Positions 34,620-43,708 of a DNA stretch of 64,000 bases are shown piece by piece. The notes under the pieces are model-generated. The model was not told the origin of the DNA and ran no database searches. It worked only from the letters and a program-made list of their open reading frames with translations. Location of the stretch: positions 29,887 to 93,886 of the forward strand of contig JBBTBY010000072.1 of NCBI GenBank assembly GCA_038043445.1. The letters are read 5' to 3'. The number at the start of each line of letters is the position of its first letter. Position 1 is the first letter of the stretch. The translations under genes and the position numbers were made by a program. This DNA is from Spirochaetota bacterium (GTDB taxonomy: Bacteria > Spirochaetota > Brachyspiria > Brachyspirales > JACRPF01).

Positions 34620-35717
34620 ATGCCGCTGTCCATAAAACCGAAATCGCAATGCAAATGGGACGAGGTCTCGCTCGGTGAGATAATGATACGCCTGGACCCC
34701 GGCGATACGCGCATCAGAACGGCACGTGAATTCAAGGTATGGGAAGGCGGCGGCGAGTACAATGTCGCGCGGGGGCTCAAGCGCTGCTTTAAGCTCGAGA
34801 CCTCCGGCGTCACCGCGATACCGGAGAACGATGTGGGCTACCTCCTCCTCGATCTCATCTGCCAGGGAGGTGTCGATACATCGCATATCCAATGGGTGAA
34901 ATTCGACGGTGTCGGGCGCAATACCCGCGTGGGCCTTAATTTCACCGAACGCGGTTTCGGCGTTCGTGCGGCGCTCGGCGTATCCGACCGCGGCTTAAGC
35001 GCGGCATCGCAGCTTAAGGTCGGCGACATCGACTGGAATGCGATATTCAAGACCGAAGGGGCGCGCTGGTTCCACTGCGGCGGCATCTTTGCTGCGCTGT
35101 CCGCGACCACCGCGGATGTCACCATTGAAGCGATGAAGGCTGCGAAAGCGAACGGCACCGTCGTAAGCTATGATCTCAATTACCGTGAGTCGCTCTGGAA
35201 ATCCATCGGCGGCAAGGCGAAGGCGCAGGAAGTGAACCGCGAGATAGCGAAGTACGTCGATGTCATGATAGGAAATGAAGAGGATTTCACCGCCTCGCTC
35301 GGATTCGAGGTGGAGGGCGTGGATGAGAACATCACCGGACTCAATGCCAGTGCGTTCAAGAATATGATAGAGAAAGCGGTGAAGGCGTACCCGAATTTCA
35401 AAGCGGTAGCGACGACGCTCCGCGAAGTGAAGAGCGCCACCGTCAATGACTGGGCAGCCGTTCTCTGGTACGACGGGAAATTCCATGAATCGCGGAAATT
35501 CACCGCGCTCGAAATATATGATCGCGTCGGCGGCGGCGACAGCTTCGCCTCGGGACTCGCCTACGGTTTCCTCGCCGGCAAGGATGCCCACTATGCCGTT
35601 GACTGCGGAGCTGCGCATGGTGCACTTGCGATGACCACACCGGGCGATACGTCTATGGCGAGCCTCGCCGAGGTTGAGAAAGCAATGAAGGGCGGCAGTG
35701 CGCGCGTTCAGCGCTGA
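34620..35717 (+). CDS. PfkB-family sugar kinase, 2-dehydro-3-deoxygluconokinase (KdgK)-like
   Basis: ATG 34620 with AAGGAG 8 nt upstream (tool ORF starts at 34596). GGGEYNVARGL near the N-terminus and the C-terminal DRVGGGDSF...GAAHGAL anion-hole/catalytic block are typical of ribokinase-like kinases. Confidence 0.7.
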   Translation: MPLSIKPKSQCKWDEVSLGEIMIRLDPGDTRIRTAREFKVWEGGGEYNVARGLKRCFKLETSGVTAIPENDVGYLLLDLICQGGVDTSHIQWVKFDGVGRNTRVGLNFTERGFGVRAALGVSDRGLSAASQLKVGDIDWNAIFKTEGARWFHCGGIFAALSATTADVTIEAMKAAKANGTVVSYDLNYRESLWKSIGGKAKAQEVNREIAKYVDVMIGNEEDFTASLGFEVEGVDENITGLNASAFKNMIEKAVKAYPNFKAVATTLREVKSATVNDWAAVLWYDGKFHESRKFTALEIYDRVGGGDSFASGLAYGFLAGKDAHYAVDCGAAHGALAMTTPGDTSMASLAEVEKAMKGGSARVQR

Positions 35718-35753
35718 ACGATACAAAATATTTCACATAATGCGAGGTGGGAC

Positions 35754-36770
35754 ATGATCTTCATGAGATGGTTCGTATCGATAGCGCTGGCGGCCGTATG
35801 CGCTTCTTGCTTCGGCTGGGAAATGCCCAAGCTTAACAAGATCGCCGAGGCGGCGCCGAAACCGACAGCGACCATGGAGCGCTTCGACATCAAACAGATA
35901 TCGCTCAGGGATATCACGTTCACCTTCGATGTGGCGGTACATAACCCCTACCCTGTGGCCCTTACGCTCGACGGCGTGGACCTCGACCTTTCTGTTGAAA
36001 AGCAGCCGCTCTTTAAGACGACGACATCAAAGGGATTCTCTGTCGCCGCAAAGGGAAAGCAGACATCGTCATTCGATGTGACGCTCACCTATGGATCCAT
36101 CATGAAGATCATCGCCGATTATTCCGCGCGCGATTATCTCGTCTGCGATATCGATGCGCTCGTGAAGATACCCCTCCCCAAAGTGATAGCAGGACTTCCC
36201 CCGTCGGTTAATCTCCCGTTCAAACTTTCGCAGAAGATACCGGCGATAAAACCGAAAGTATCCATAGCGAATTTTGCCGTTACCATGCCGACGGAAAGCG
36301 ATGTACGCGCCGCGCTTACGGAAAGCACCTCAGCGCAGCTGAAAGCTGTCGATGCGAAAAAAGCGCAGGGCATGTTCGCTTCCCTATTGTCCGGCAAGCC
36401 GGTCGCCGCACCCGTTATTAAACCCGCGGACATCGATCTTAAGATAAAAGTGCTCTTCGATATCGTGCTCGAGAATCAGGCAAAAGCCCCGATAGATTTC
36501 AGTTCGCTTTCATTCCAATTCTTCATCAATTCGAACGCCATGGTCGCGGGCGAGACATCGTCAATAGAAAAACGGGGAAATACCATCGTCATGCACGTGG
36601 TCAATGAGTTCAGTTCAAAAAGCCTTTCGACGAGCGTGTTAAGCGTATTTAAAAGCGGCACCGGGGCATTCACCGTTACCGGGAGCACAACAATGGACCT
36701 CCCGCCGGCGGTGCTGTCGCATCCGGTGAAGCTTTCCTTCAGCGAGAACGGCTCCTTCAAGGTGCGGTAA
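35754..36770 (+). CDS. lipoprotein with two LEA_2 / WHy (LEA14-like) domains
   Basis: Lipobox-like ALAAVCASC. The block FDIKQISLRDITFTFDVAVHNPYPVALTLDGVDLDLSVEKQPLF and a second similar module (KIKVLFDIVLENQAKAPIDFSSLSFQFFINSNAMV) match the LEA_2 pattern from memory. Confidence 0.6.
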   Translation: MIFMRWFVSIALAAVCASCFGWEMPKLNKIAEAAPKPTATMERFDIKQISLRDITFTFDVAVHNPYPVALTLDGVDLDLSVEKQPLFKTTTSKGFSVAAKGKQTSSFDVTLTYGSIMKIIADYSARDYLVCDIDALVKIPLPKVIAGLPPSVNLPFKLSQKIPAIKPKVSIANFAVTMPTESDVRAALTESTSAQLKAVDAKKAQGMFASLLSGKPVAAPVIKPADIDLKIKVLFDIVLENQAKAPIDFSSLSFQFFINSNAMVAGETSSIEKRGNTIVMHVVNEFSSKSLSTSVLSVFKSGTGAFTVTGSTTMDLPPAVLSHPVKLSFSENGSFKVR

Positions 36771-36957
36771 CAGCACTATCAATGTCCTTTCGGCATTGAT
36801 AATGCTCCCGCCCGTGTTGCGGGATATTCTCTGGGCATTGATAGCCGTTCCCTTTACCAGCCCCGTCACACAATGACATTCCGCCTGAATTCACTTATAT
36901 TCTATTGCCAACGATTACGTCGAACATCTTCCTACTAGAATATATTGGGGGATACTA

Positions 36958-37004
36958 TTTTTGTCTGCATATCCTTGACAAAGCAACGGATATGCAGACA
37001 AAAA
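36958..37004. repeat. 17-bp perfect inverted repeat (TTTTTGTCTGCATATCC / GGATATGCAGACAAAAA) with a 13-nt loop containing TTGACA
   Basis: Read directly. Arms at 36958-36974 and 36988-37004. Located 20 nt upstream of the putative -35 of the next gene. Confidence 0.9.
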
Positions 37005-37024
37005 TAAACAAACCTGACATACCG

Positions 37025-37052
37025 TTGTCACAGCCCTGAAGTATGATATACT
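37025..37052 (+). promoter_or_regulatory. putative sigma70-type promoter of the GyrI-like/GNAT/lipoprotein genes
   Basis: TTGTCA (37025-37030), 16-nt spacer, TATACT (37047-37052). AAGGAG SD at 37077-37082 precedes ATG 37090. Confidence 0.4.
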
Positions 37053-37089
37053 CAGACCATACCGATACCGCATGGATAAGGAGTTTCAT

Positions 37090-37701
37090 ATGAGAATGTT
37101 CATTTCACTGTCCGGGCTCTTGGCCGCTTTCATAGTAAGCTGCGGTCCGAATCCCGCTGAATACAAAAGCCGTGCTCAGCCGCGTATCGTCGAAAAAGCC
37201 GATCAATACATTCTCGAAGCGCCTTTCAACGGCAAGCCGAAAGTGTGCGTCGGCGAAGGTTTCGGTGCGCTTTTCAGCGCTTATTTTTCCATGAAGGGCG
37301 TGCCCAAGGGTCCGGGAATGCCTGCACCTGCCGCGCGATACGAGGACTTCGGCGAACTGCCCATTGGCAAAAAACAGATGGAAATGTATCTCGACAGCGT
37401 TATCTGGAAAGGCGTTGTCGGCATAAGCGTCCCGGCAGCAGTAACGAATGTTCCGCAGGTAAAAGGGGCAACACAACCGCGACTTACGACCTGGAAATAC
37501 GGTACGGTGGCGGAGGTAGTGCATTTTGGACCATACGAGGACGAAGCGCCGATAATAGACAACCTAAAAAAGTTCATTGCTTCGAAGGGATATCGCATAG
37601 CGGGGCTTCATGAGGAAGAATACATCAAAGGCCCGGGCCTGCCGTTCGTATCGCCCAAGGATTACATTACGGTAATTCGATATCAGGTCAGAAAAAAATG
37701 A
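37090..37701 (+). CDS. GyrI-like (SbmC/AraC-effector-binding fold) domain lipoprotein
   Basis: ATG 37090 (MRMFISLSGLLAAFIVSC lipobox) sits 7 nt after AAGGAG. C-terminal VHFGPYEDEAPIIDNLKKFIASKGYRIAGLHEEEYIKGPG is typical of GyrI-like small-molecule-binding domains. Confidence 0.6.
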   Translation: MRMFISLSGLLAAFIVSCGPNPAEYKSRAQPRIVEKADQYILEAPFNGKPKVCVGEGFGALFSAYFSMKGVPKGPGMPAPAARYEDFGELPIGKKQMEMYLDSVIWKGVVGISVPAAVTNVPQVKGATQPRLTTWKYGTVAEVVHFGPYEDEAPIIDNLKKFIASKGYRIAGLHEEEYIKGPGLPFVSPKDYITVIRYQVRKK

Positions 37702-38495
37702 GCTCATCGAAGGATGTTTCTATAATTTCTTTAAAACCGGACACGATAGGAACATACGGTGTGTGCGGATACAAGGACGGTGCGAAGCATCCAGCTGTCG
37801 GGAGAAAGATAGAATGGTTCTCCCGCTACTATCCGAAAGGGCTTCGCATGCTCGCTCTCATCTCTGCAAAGTCTGGGTATCAGGGAATGATAGAATACCT
37901 CCCGGGAAAACATGCCCATCGCCCCGTACGGGCGGACGGATTCATGTTCATTCACTGCATATTCACGGGTTTCCGCAAGGAATTCAAAGATAAGGGATTC
38001 GGTTCATCGCTCATTGAAGCATGTGAGAAGGATGCAAAACGTGAAGGCATGCATGGTGTCGCCGTGATTACTCGCCAGGGGCCGTTCATGTCGGGCCATG
38101 AGATATTCAAAGGCCGCGGTTATAAAAAAGCGGATACATCGCCGCCCGATTTTGAACTATGGTCTCTGTCATGGAATGCAAAGGCAGCCATGCCGTCATT
38201 TGCACCCGATCTGCCCTCGTGCCTTACACCGTACCGCAAAGGGCTCACGATATTCCGTTCACCGCAATGCCCTTACACGGAGCGTAATGTCCGTGAAATA
38301 ATCGAAACTGCGAAGAATGATCTCGGCATACGTGCACGCATCATCGATATGGACGATGCAAAAGCCGCACAGGCATGCCCTTCGCCGTTCGGCACGTTCT
38401 GCATTGTCCATAACGGGGATATAATAACGCATCACCCGATAAGCGATACGCGGTTTAGGAATATCATGCGTGAACGGCAAGTGCACAGCATTTGA
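37698..38495 (+). CDS. GNAT-family N-acetyltransferase with YoaP-like C-terminal domain
   Basis: ATGA overlap with the upstream gene. GNAT core (FRKEFKDKGFGSSLIEACEKDAKREGMHGVAV). The C-terminal ~80 aa with SPQCPYTERNV...CPSPFGTFCIVHNG resembles the YoaP-like domain (from memory). Confidence 0.65.
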   Translation: MSSSKDVSIISLKPDTIGTYGVCGYKDGAKHPAVGRKIEWFSRYYPKGLRMLALISAKSGYQGMIEYLPGKHAHRPVRADGFMFIHCIFTGFRKEFKDKGFGSSLIEACEKDAKREGMHGVAVITRQGPFMSGHEIFKGRGYKKADTSPPDFELWSLSWNAKAAMPSFAPDLPSCLTPYRKGLTIFRSPQCPYTERNVREIIETAKNDLGIRARIIDMDDAKAAQACPSPFGTFCIVHNGDIITHHPISDTRFRNIMRERQVHSI

Positions 38496-38554
38496 CCATT
38501 ATCAATTCTTCGGGTTCTTATCGGCAGCCGGATGAGACCGGCAGGAGTATTCGC

Positions 38555-39001
38555 ATGAAAAAAATGGTGCTTGCAGTCATCGCTGCTGTTTTCGCTGTCG
38601 GATGCACGGCAAGGAACATTGTCGCCGATGATGTCGAAACGGTCACTATCGCCGCTTTTGTCGCGCAGGGGGAAAAATATCTTTCGAGACTGAAGGATGG
38701 CGGCAAGGGTGTCATCGTGCATATTCCGAGCGGAACATCCGTGCCTGTCGGTATTAACCTTTCCATGAAAGCGATCGAATTGAAGGCCGAACGGCCAAGC
38801 ATCATTGTAAAGACGGATGTATACCTCTATCTGACCGCGCAGGGTATATTGATAAGCACGGATAAACGTTCATGGGCTCGCATTGAGGACAGCGCTCAGA
38901 TGAAAGAGATATTCGGCATACAGAAGGGCTCGGTCAATGCAGGGCTCGCAGTGACAAAAGAGAAAGGCGCACAGATACAACTTGACATCAAAGCCGAGTG
39001 A
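38555..39001 (+). CDS. hypothetical lipoprotein
   Basis: ATG 38555 (MKKMVLAVIAAVFAVGC lipobox) within tool ORF 38492-39001. 148 aa with no recognisable domain. Confidence 0.55.
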   Translation: MKKMVLAVIAAVFAVGCTARNIVADDVETVTIAAFVAQGEKYLSRLKDGGKGVIVHIPSGTSVPVGINLSMKAIELKAERPSIIVKTDVYLYLTAQGILISTDKRSWARIEDSAQMKEIFGIQKGSVNAGLAVTKEKGAQIQLDIKAE

Positions 39002-39196
39002 TCCGGCGATATCATTCGTTCAGTTCCATTACGATGACAGCAGCCGCACTCGTAGGATAATGTCTGTGACATCCTTTGCTCTGCACTACCACCGATCGGA
39101 ATGCACCAAAGGATATAGAAGCATGAATATACTTACGATTTGCGGCACCAGCTCCCTCGGCTCGCGCATTGCTCGGAACAGTGATGGCGCCTTTTC

Positions 39197-39754
39197 TCAG
39201 GAGAACAAGCGTTCGGGCGGACCACATCGCATTGAATAACGACAGCCGCAGTAGTTCTGTCGATAGAACCCCTCCGCTCGCGATAACACCGATGCCTTTT
39301 TGAACCCGTCATTTTTCTTGAAATCGACGGGGATATACTCCACGCCGGAAGCAGCCGACACGTCAGCGCCGATGCGGTCAAGCATAGCCGTATCCTTATG
39401 CGGACTTATGCTCATCACGGTAGTAAATTCCGTCGCGCCGATACGCCCTGCATATTCCGCCGTTTTTGAAAGACGGAAACGGAAACAGCGTTCGCAGCGC
39501 CTGCCGCGCTCCGGTTCATTCTCATATCCGCGTATCGCTTCTTCCCACGCCGCCTCATCTCCGGCCTCTACGACGAAGCGCATGTCGGACCGTTCAGCAA
39601 AGCGCTTCACTTCGTCCCGGCGGCGTGCAAATTCCACGGCCGGATGAATGTTCGGATTGTAGAAGAAGAACACTGCATCATAGATACGATGCATGAGCGT
39701 ATAGGGATAGACCGCACACGGGGCGCAGCAGGTATGGACCACGATACGCGCCAT
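39197..39754 (-). CDS. queH: epoxyqueuosine reductase QueH (DUF208)
   Basis: Starts MARIVVHTCCAPCAVYP. YNPNIHP block. C-terminal YRQNYCGCRYS. These are the conserved Cys blocks of QueH as I remember them. Confidence 0.8.
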   Translation of the reverse strand: MARIVVHTCCAPCAVYPYTLMHRIYDAVFFFYNPNIHPAVEFARRRDEVKRFAERSDMRFVVEAGDEAAWEEAIRGYENEPERGRRCERCFRFRLSKTAEYAGRIGATEFTTVMSISPHKDTAMLDRIGADVSAASGVEYIPVDFKKNDGFKKASVLSRAEGFYRQNYCGCRYSMRCGPPERLFS

Positions 39755-39757
39755 ACC

Positions 39758-40450
39758 CTATTTCGACTTATATGCCTCAAGCGAGGATGTCAGCCGCTTG
39801 TCCGTGCCATCAACGCCGTCGTAGTAGACAAGGGCATGCGTTCCGGCCGCATCGTAATAAAAATCGTACTTTTGTTCAAGCTTGATGAACGCGAAACCTG
39901 CTGAGAGTTTCACGACATTCGCCGAATAAATCCCCGAACCGGTCTTCACCGGAACGTTTTTCCGCGCGACCCGCAGCACCGCATCGAAATACACACGCCC
40001 CTTCTCCACGCTGAAAATGAAGAAATCAGCGGACACATCCTTTCCCCACGGATAACCGCGGAACACTTCGGCGACCATGTACGCGCAGATAGTGTTGGGT
40101 CTGAGATCGAGCGTCTGCTCAAGAGGCTTTCCCTCGACAATGCCGTTAAACCGTATCTTCATCGCTGTCCAGTCGTATATGACGGTCTCAATGAGCTTTG
40201 CGCTTTCATACTTCCTGTGCTCGAGCGGTTTACCGGTTATCGTGAACGAATAGAGGTTCGCTTCGCTGCCGTTCGTATAGTAAATGCGGATAGTGTCGTT
40301 CGTACGGTACAGATATGAATACGCGGTCTCCGTCCCCTGCGCGGTGATGCGCTTGAATGCTCGATATTCGAATGAGGGCACCGATGACAGATCGATCTGA
40401 GAGAAAAGCATTCCCGATGCAAGAAAAAATACGATGATCATCCCGCGCAT
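39758..40450 (-). CDS. hypothetical exported protein
   Basis: 230 aa with signal-like MRGMIIVFFLASGMLFSQ. Beta-rich with no recognisable motif. Ends 3 nt before the queH start (same strand). Confidence 0.55.
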   Translation of the reverse strand: MRGMIIVFFLASGMLFSQIDLSSVPSFEYRAFKRITAQGTETAYSYLYRTNDTIRIYYTNGSEANLYSFTITGKPLEHRKYESAKLIETVIYDWTAMKIRFNGIVEGKPLEQTLDLRPNTICAYMVAEVFRGYPWGKDVSADFFIFSVEKGRVYFDAVLRVARKNVPVKTGSGIYSANVVKLSAGFAFIKLEQKYDFYYDAAGTHALVYYDGVDGTDKRLTSSLEAYKSK

Positions 40451-40557
40451 ATGCGCCTCCTCAATGATGTACGTCGAGTATACTATCGGGAAAATCTTAT
40501 TGCAAGTCCGGCCCGTATCCTGTACGTGATAACACAGTGAAGTCCCGCTTCGCCATG

Positions 40558-41604
40558 CTATATCTTATAATTGAGGATGATGCCGCCGCCCTTCTTGCGT
40601 GCATGCTCGAGACATTCCTGCGCACGATTGACAAGCGCCATCGTCTCCTCGTACACGTTCACCGCGAGAAAACATTCGGCCGCGCCGACGCTTACGCTGA
40701 TCGGGCAGATATCCTTCCCATCCTTCTCTATCCCGTACTTGGTGCGCTCACAGGTATAGAAGAGCGAGTTCTGCGCCATGTTCGATATGTAGATAATGAA
40801 ACGATCATGATCATACCGCGCGATAAGATCGGCACGCCGCACATTCGTCCTCAGGTACTTCGCAACGAAAAGGAGCATCCTGCTTATTGTCCGATAGTCG
40901 TCTTTGGGCGAAGCTGCCGCGAGATTATCGAGCGATACGAGTATGATGCCCACGTTGAATCGGTTGCGCTGCGCAAGGAACGTAAGCGGTATTATCGTCT
41001 GCAGGAACCCCTTCTTGTTGAAGAGGCCGGTCAGCGGGTCATAGGGCTGACTCACCGCAACGGTAATGCTCTGCCGAAGAAGATCACCCGCGATATCGCC
41101 GATGAGCCCCATGGCGGGCGTCGACGTATGCTCGCGCCAGACATCGATGAAATGCACGAGGTGATTGAGATAGTCATGTTCTGCGGAGATATTGCGGAAC
41201 GCCGAGTAGAAAAAATTAACGAGCGTCGCGACACCGGGCTTCAGCACATAGAGCTCATAGCGCGCAGCGGCGACAAAATCCTCTTCGATCGTGCCGTTGC
41301 TCTGTGCCTCTTCACGGATGCGCGCGGCCGTTCGCTCCATATCCGCCGCAAGCTCATCAAGATGCTCTATCGGACGTCCCAGTTCTATCTTCGTAATGAT
41401 GTCGGCCGTATAATCCCAATACGCTATCATCGCCTCCTTGTGCTCGCCCATTCGATGCCAGAGCACCTTGAGCGCACCGTCACTTCGGGCGTTCAAGGAG
41501 GTATAATACGAGAGCGCCGCGGAATCGATGGCGCGGCATGATGCGATGACCGATGTCAGGAGTGCAATATCGTTCACGACCGTTCCTTGCGTTCTTTCAC
41601 GCAT
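40558..41604 (-). CDS. GGDEF-domain protein with degenerate active site (DHDRF) and intact I-site (RRAD); helical N-terminal sensor-like domain
   Basis: DPLTGLFNKKGF at the domain start. VRRADLIARYDHDRFIIY sits where RxxD-x5-GGDEF is expected. SVSVGAAEC near the end. Confidence 0.7.
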   Translation of the reverse strand: MRERTQGTVVNDIALLTSVIASCRAIDSAALSYYTSLNARSDGALKVLWHRMGEHKEAMIAYWDYTADIITKIELGRPIEHLDELAADMERTAARIREEAQSNGTIEEDFVAAARYELYVLKPGVATLVNFFYSAFRNISAEHDYLNHLVHFIDVWREHTSTPAMGLIGDIAGDLLRQSITVAVSQPYDPLTGLFNKKGFLQTIIPLTFLAQRNRFNVGIILVSLDNLAAASPKDDYRTISRMLLFVAKYLRTNVRRADLIARYDHDRFIIYISNMAQNSLFYTCERTKYGIEKDGKDICPISVSVGAAECFLAVNVYEETMALVNRAQECLEHARKKGGGIILNYKI

Positions 41605-41684
41605 TCCCTTGGATGTTTTTTATTGTACGCGGATGATGCGAAAAAAGCAAGAGAAACGCCGGAACAATACCGCCGCTTCCGGTA

Positions 41685-42476
41685 TTACCGTTTCGGCAGA
41701 ATGCCGGCGTCCGCATCGCGGCCCATCTCAAGGAGAAGCCGCCGCACCTGCGTGAAGAATTCGAGCATGGACATATACGCCGAAAGGACGAAGCCCTCCC
41801 AGCCGTCACGATAACCCCTGCGCTCGATATAGAAGCGGATGAAAAGCTTCATCGGCTCGATGAGGGAGAATTTGATGAGCCGCCATTTCGTCACCCTCAC
41901 ACGGCCCTTGAATTTCCCCCGCGCTGCGAGCGATGAATACATCATCGTCTTTCGAAGGACGCTGTCGACATCGGGATATGAATGATGGAGCAGTGCCCCG
42001 CTCACGACACCACTCGACCCGGTATGACGCATGGTCTCATGCAGCTCGCCCTCGTAGATCACGGTTCCCCGCCTGAAGAGCCGCCGCTGCTGTATCTTCC
42101 ACCCGCAATTATCGATGTAACGACCGAGGAATGAGGAACGAATGCCGAGAACATAGCCGTCCTTGCCGTCGGGATCGCCGCTGAGCACGTGCTTGATCGA
42201 TGAAGCAAGCGTATCATCGACAGCCTCATCGGCATCGAGCATGAGTATCCACTCGGAACGAGCCTTCTTCACGGCGAAATTCTTCTGATCGCTGAACGAG
42301 GTGAATTTCCGGCGGATCACTTTCGCACCGTGCTTCCGTGCGACGGGAACGGTCCTATCCGTGCTGAAGTCATCGACAACGATGATCTCATCGCACCAGG
42401 ACACGCTCGCAAGCGTCCGCGGGAGGTTCTTCTCCTCGTTCTTCGTTATCATGCATACACTGATGCTGTCCATCAT
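41685..42476 (-). CDS. family-2 glycosyltransferase (LPS-core/KdtX-like)
   Basis: SVCMITKNEEKNLPRTLASVSWCDEIIVVDDFSTDRT ... LDADE (DxD). 263 aa. Confidence 0.8.
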   Translation of the reverse strand: MMDSISVCMITKNEEKNLPRTLASVSWCDEIIVVDDFSTDRTVPVARKHGAKVIRRKFTSFSDQKNFAVKKARSEWILMLDADEAVDDTLASSIKHVLSGDPDGKDGYVLGIRSSFLGRYIDNCGWKIQQRRLFRRGTVIYEGELHETMRHTGSSGVVSGALLHHSYPDVDSVLRKTMMYSSLAARGKFKGRVRVTKWRLIKFSLIEPMKLFIRFYIERRGYRDGWEGFVLSAYMSMLEFFTQVRRLLLEMGRDADAGILPKR

Positions 42477-42477
42477 C

Positions 42478-43701
42478 TTACTCCATCGGCACCGGCACGC
42501 CGCGTCCTGAACGTTTCTTCATCACTGGTATAACATGCTTCAAGCGATAGAGTGCAATGACCATCGCCGTGAAACCGAGGCATATCACCTGCGCAAGGAA
42601 CGTGGTTCGGATATCGTATGCGATCGCTACCGCGCTCCCGGCGATCGGTGCCGCAAAGAATCCAAGCGACCCGACCGTCGTAAGCATGCCGAAGACCATA
42701 CCCCGCTGTGACGGGCTCGTCGTGCCGCCGATGAACGACTGCAGTATCGGCTCCGATCCGCCGGCAAAATATCCCGCTAAGACAAAGAACACCGCGAAGA
42801 ACAGAAGATCTCCGGTCACAAAAAGCGGAGCGACCGCGAGTGCACCGAGAGCGAGCGCCCCCATGAGCACACCAAGCTTTTCAACCCTGTCAGCAAGCCG
42901 CACAATGGATATGCCCGCGAGCGCGATGATGATGCTCCTCACTGCAAGGATGATCCCGGTCATCCCCGAGGGGTCCTTAACGCCCGCCACTTCCTCGATC
43001 CTGAGCGCCGTGAACGGCATCGCTATCGATATGCTGAAACGCACGAAGAATATCGTGATGAGCGCAAAGATGAACGTCCGGTTGAGGAGCAGCGTCATAT
43101 CCCTGAACGAAGCCGCTTTCACCCGCGCATCGGGACGATCCTCTTTGATGAGCGTTAGCGCAAGCACGAATGCAACGCCGACGAATGCCGTACTCATGAA
43201 GAATGTACCGCGGTAACCGATGATATGCGCGAAGTAGCCGCCTATCATCGGACCTATCGACATGCCAATGAAGGTCGCCGTCGAGAGGACGCCCAAGGCA
43301 TAGGACAGCCGTTCTTTCGGCGTGGAGGCGGAGACGAGCACCGCGGCGGCAGCGATGGAGCCGGTAAAGAGCCCTTGCACGAAGCGCAGTACCGTAAAGG
43401 CCTGGACGTTCGGCGCAAAACCCATACAGAACGATACGATAGCCCCGGCGAGCGTCGCCCGCAGCAGCATGACCTTGCGCCCATGCCGGTCGGAGAGAAC
43501 GCCCCAGACAGGCGCTGTTATCGCAGCGGCGATGGAGAGCGCCGCGGTAGCAACACCCACCCAGAATTTTATCGCATTCGCATCGGTCACACCGAGCGTA
43601 CGGATATAGAACGGAAGAAAAGGCATGGATATGGAGAACCCGGTGATGGTGAATATCTGTGTGAACCAGGTGGCGAAAAGGTTCCGCTTCCAACTCGTCA
43701 C
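42478..43701 (-). CDS. MFS transporter
   Basis: 407 aa with about 12 hydrophobic helices. GVLSDRHGRKVML (MFS motif A, loop 2-3). Confidence 0.8.
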   Translation of the reverse strand: MTSWKRNLFATWFTQIFTITGFSISMPFLPFYIRTLGVTDANAIKFWVGVATAALSIAAAITAPVWGVLSDRHGRKVMLLRATLAGAIVSFCMGFAPNVQAFTVLRFVQGLFTGSIAAAAVLVSASTPKERLSYALGVLSTATFIGMSIGPMIGGYFAHIIGYRGTFFMSTAFVGVAFVLALTLIKEDRPDARVKAASFRDMTLLLNRTFIFALITIFFVRFSISIAMPFTALRIEEVAGVKDPSGMTGIILAVRSIIIALAGISIVRLADRVEKLGVLMGALALGALAVAPLFVTGDLLFFAVFFVLAGYFAGGSEPILQSFIGGTTSPSQRGMVFGMLTTVGSLGFFAAPIAGSAVAIAYDIRTTFLAQVICLGFTAMVIALYRLKHVIPVMKKRSGRGVPVPME

Positions 43702-43708
43702 GAGACGG

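Noticed and set aside
40537-41541. 334-aa plus-strand ORF
   Set aside because: It is antisense to the GGDEF-domain gene, which has clear domain blocks. No motifs of its own. Shadow ORF.
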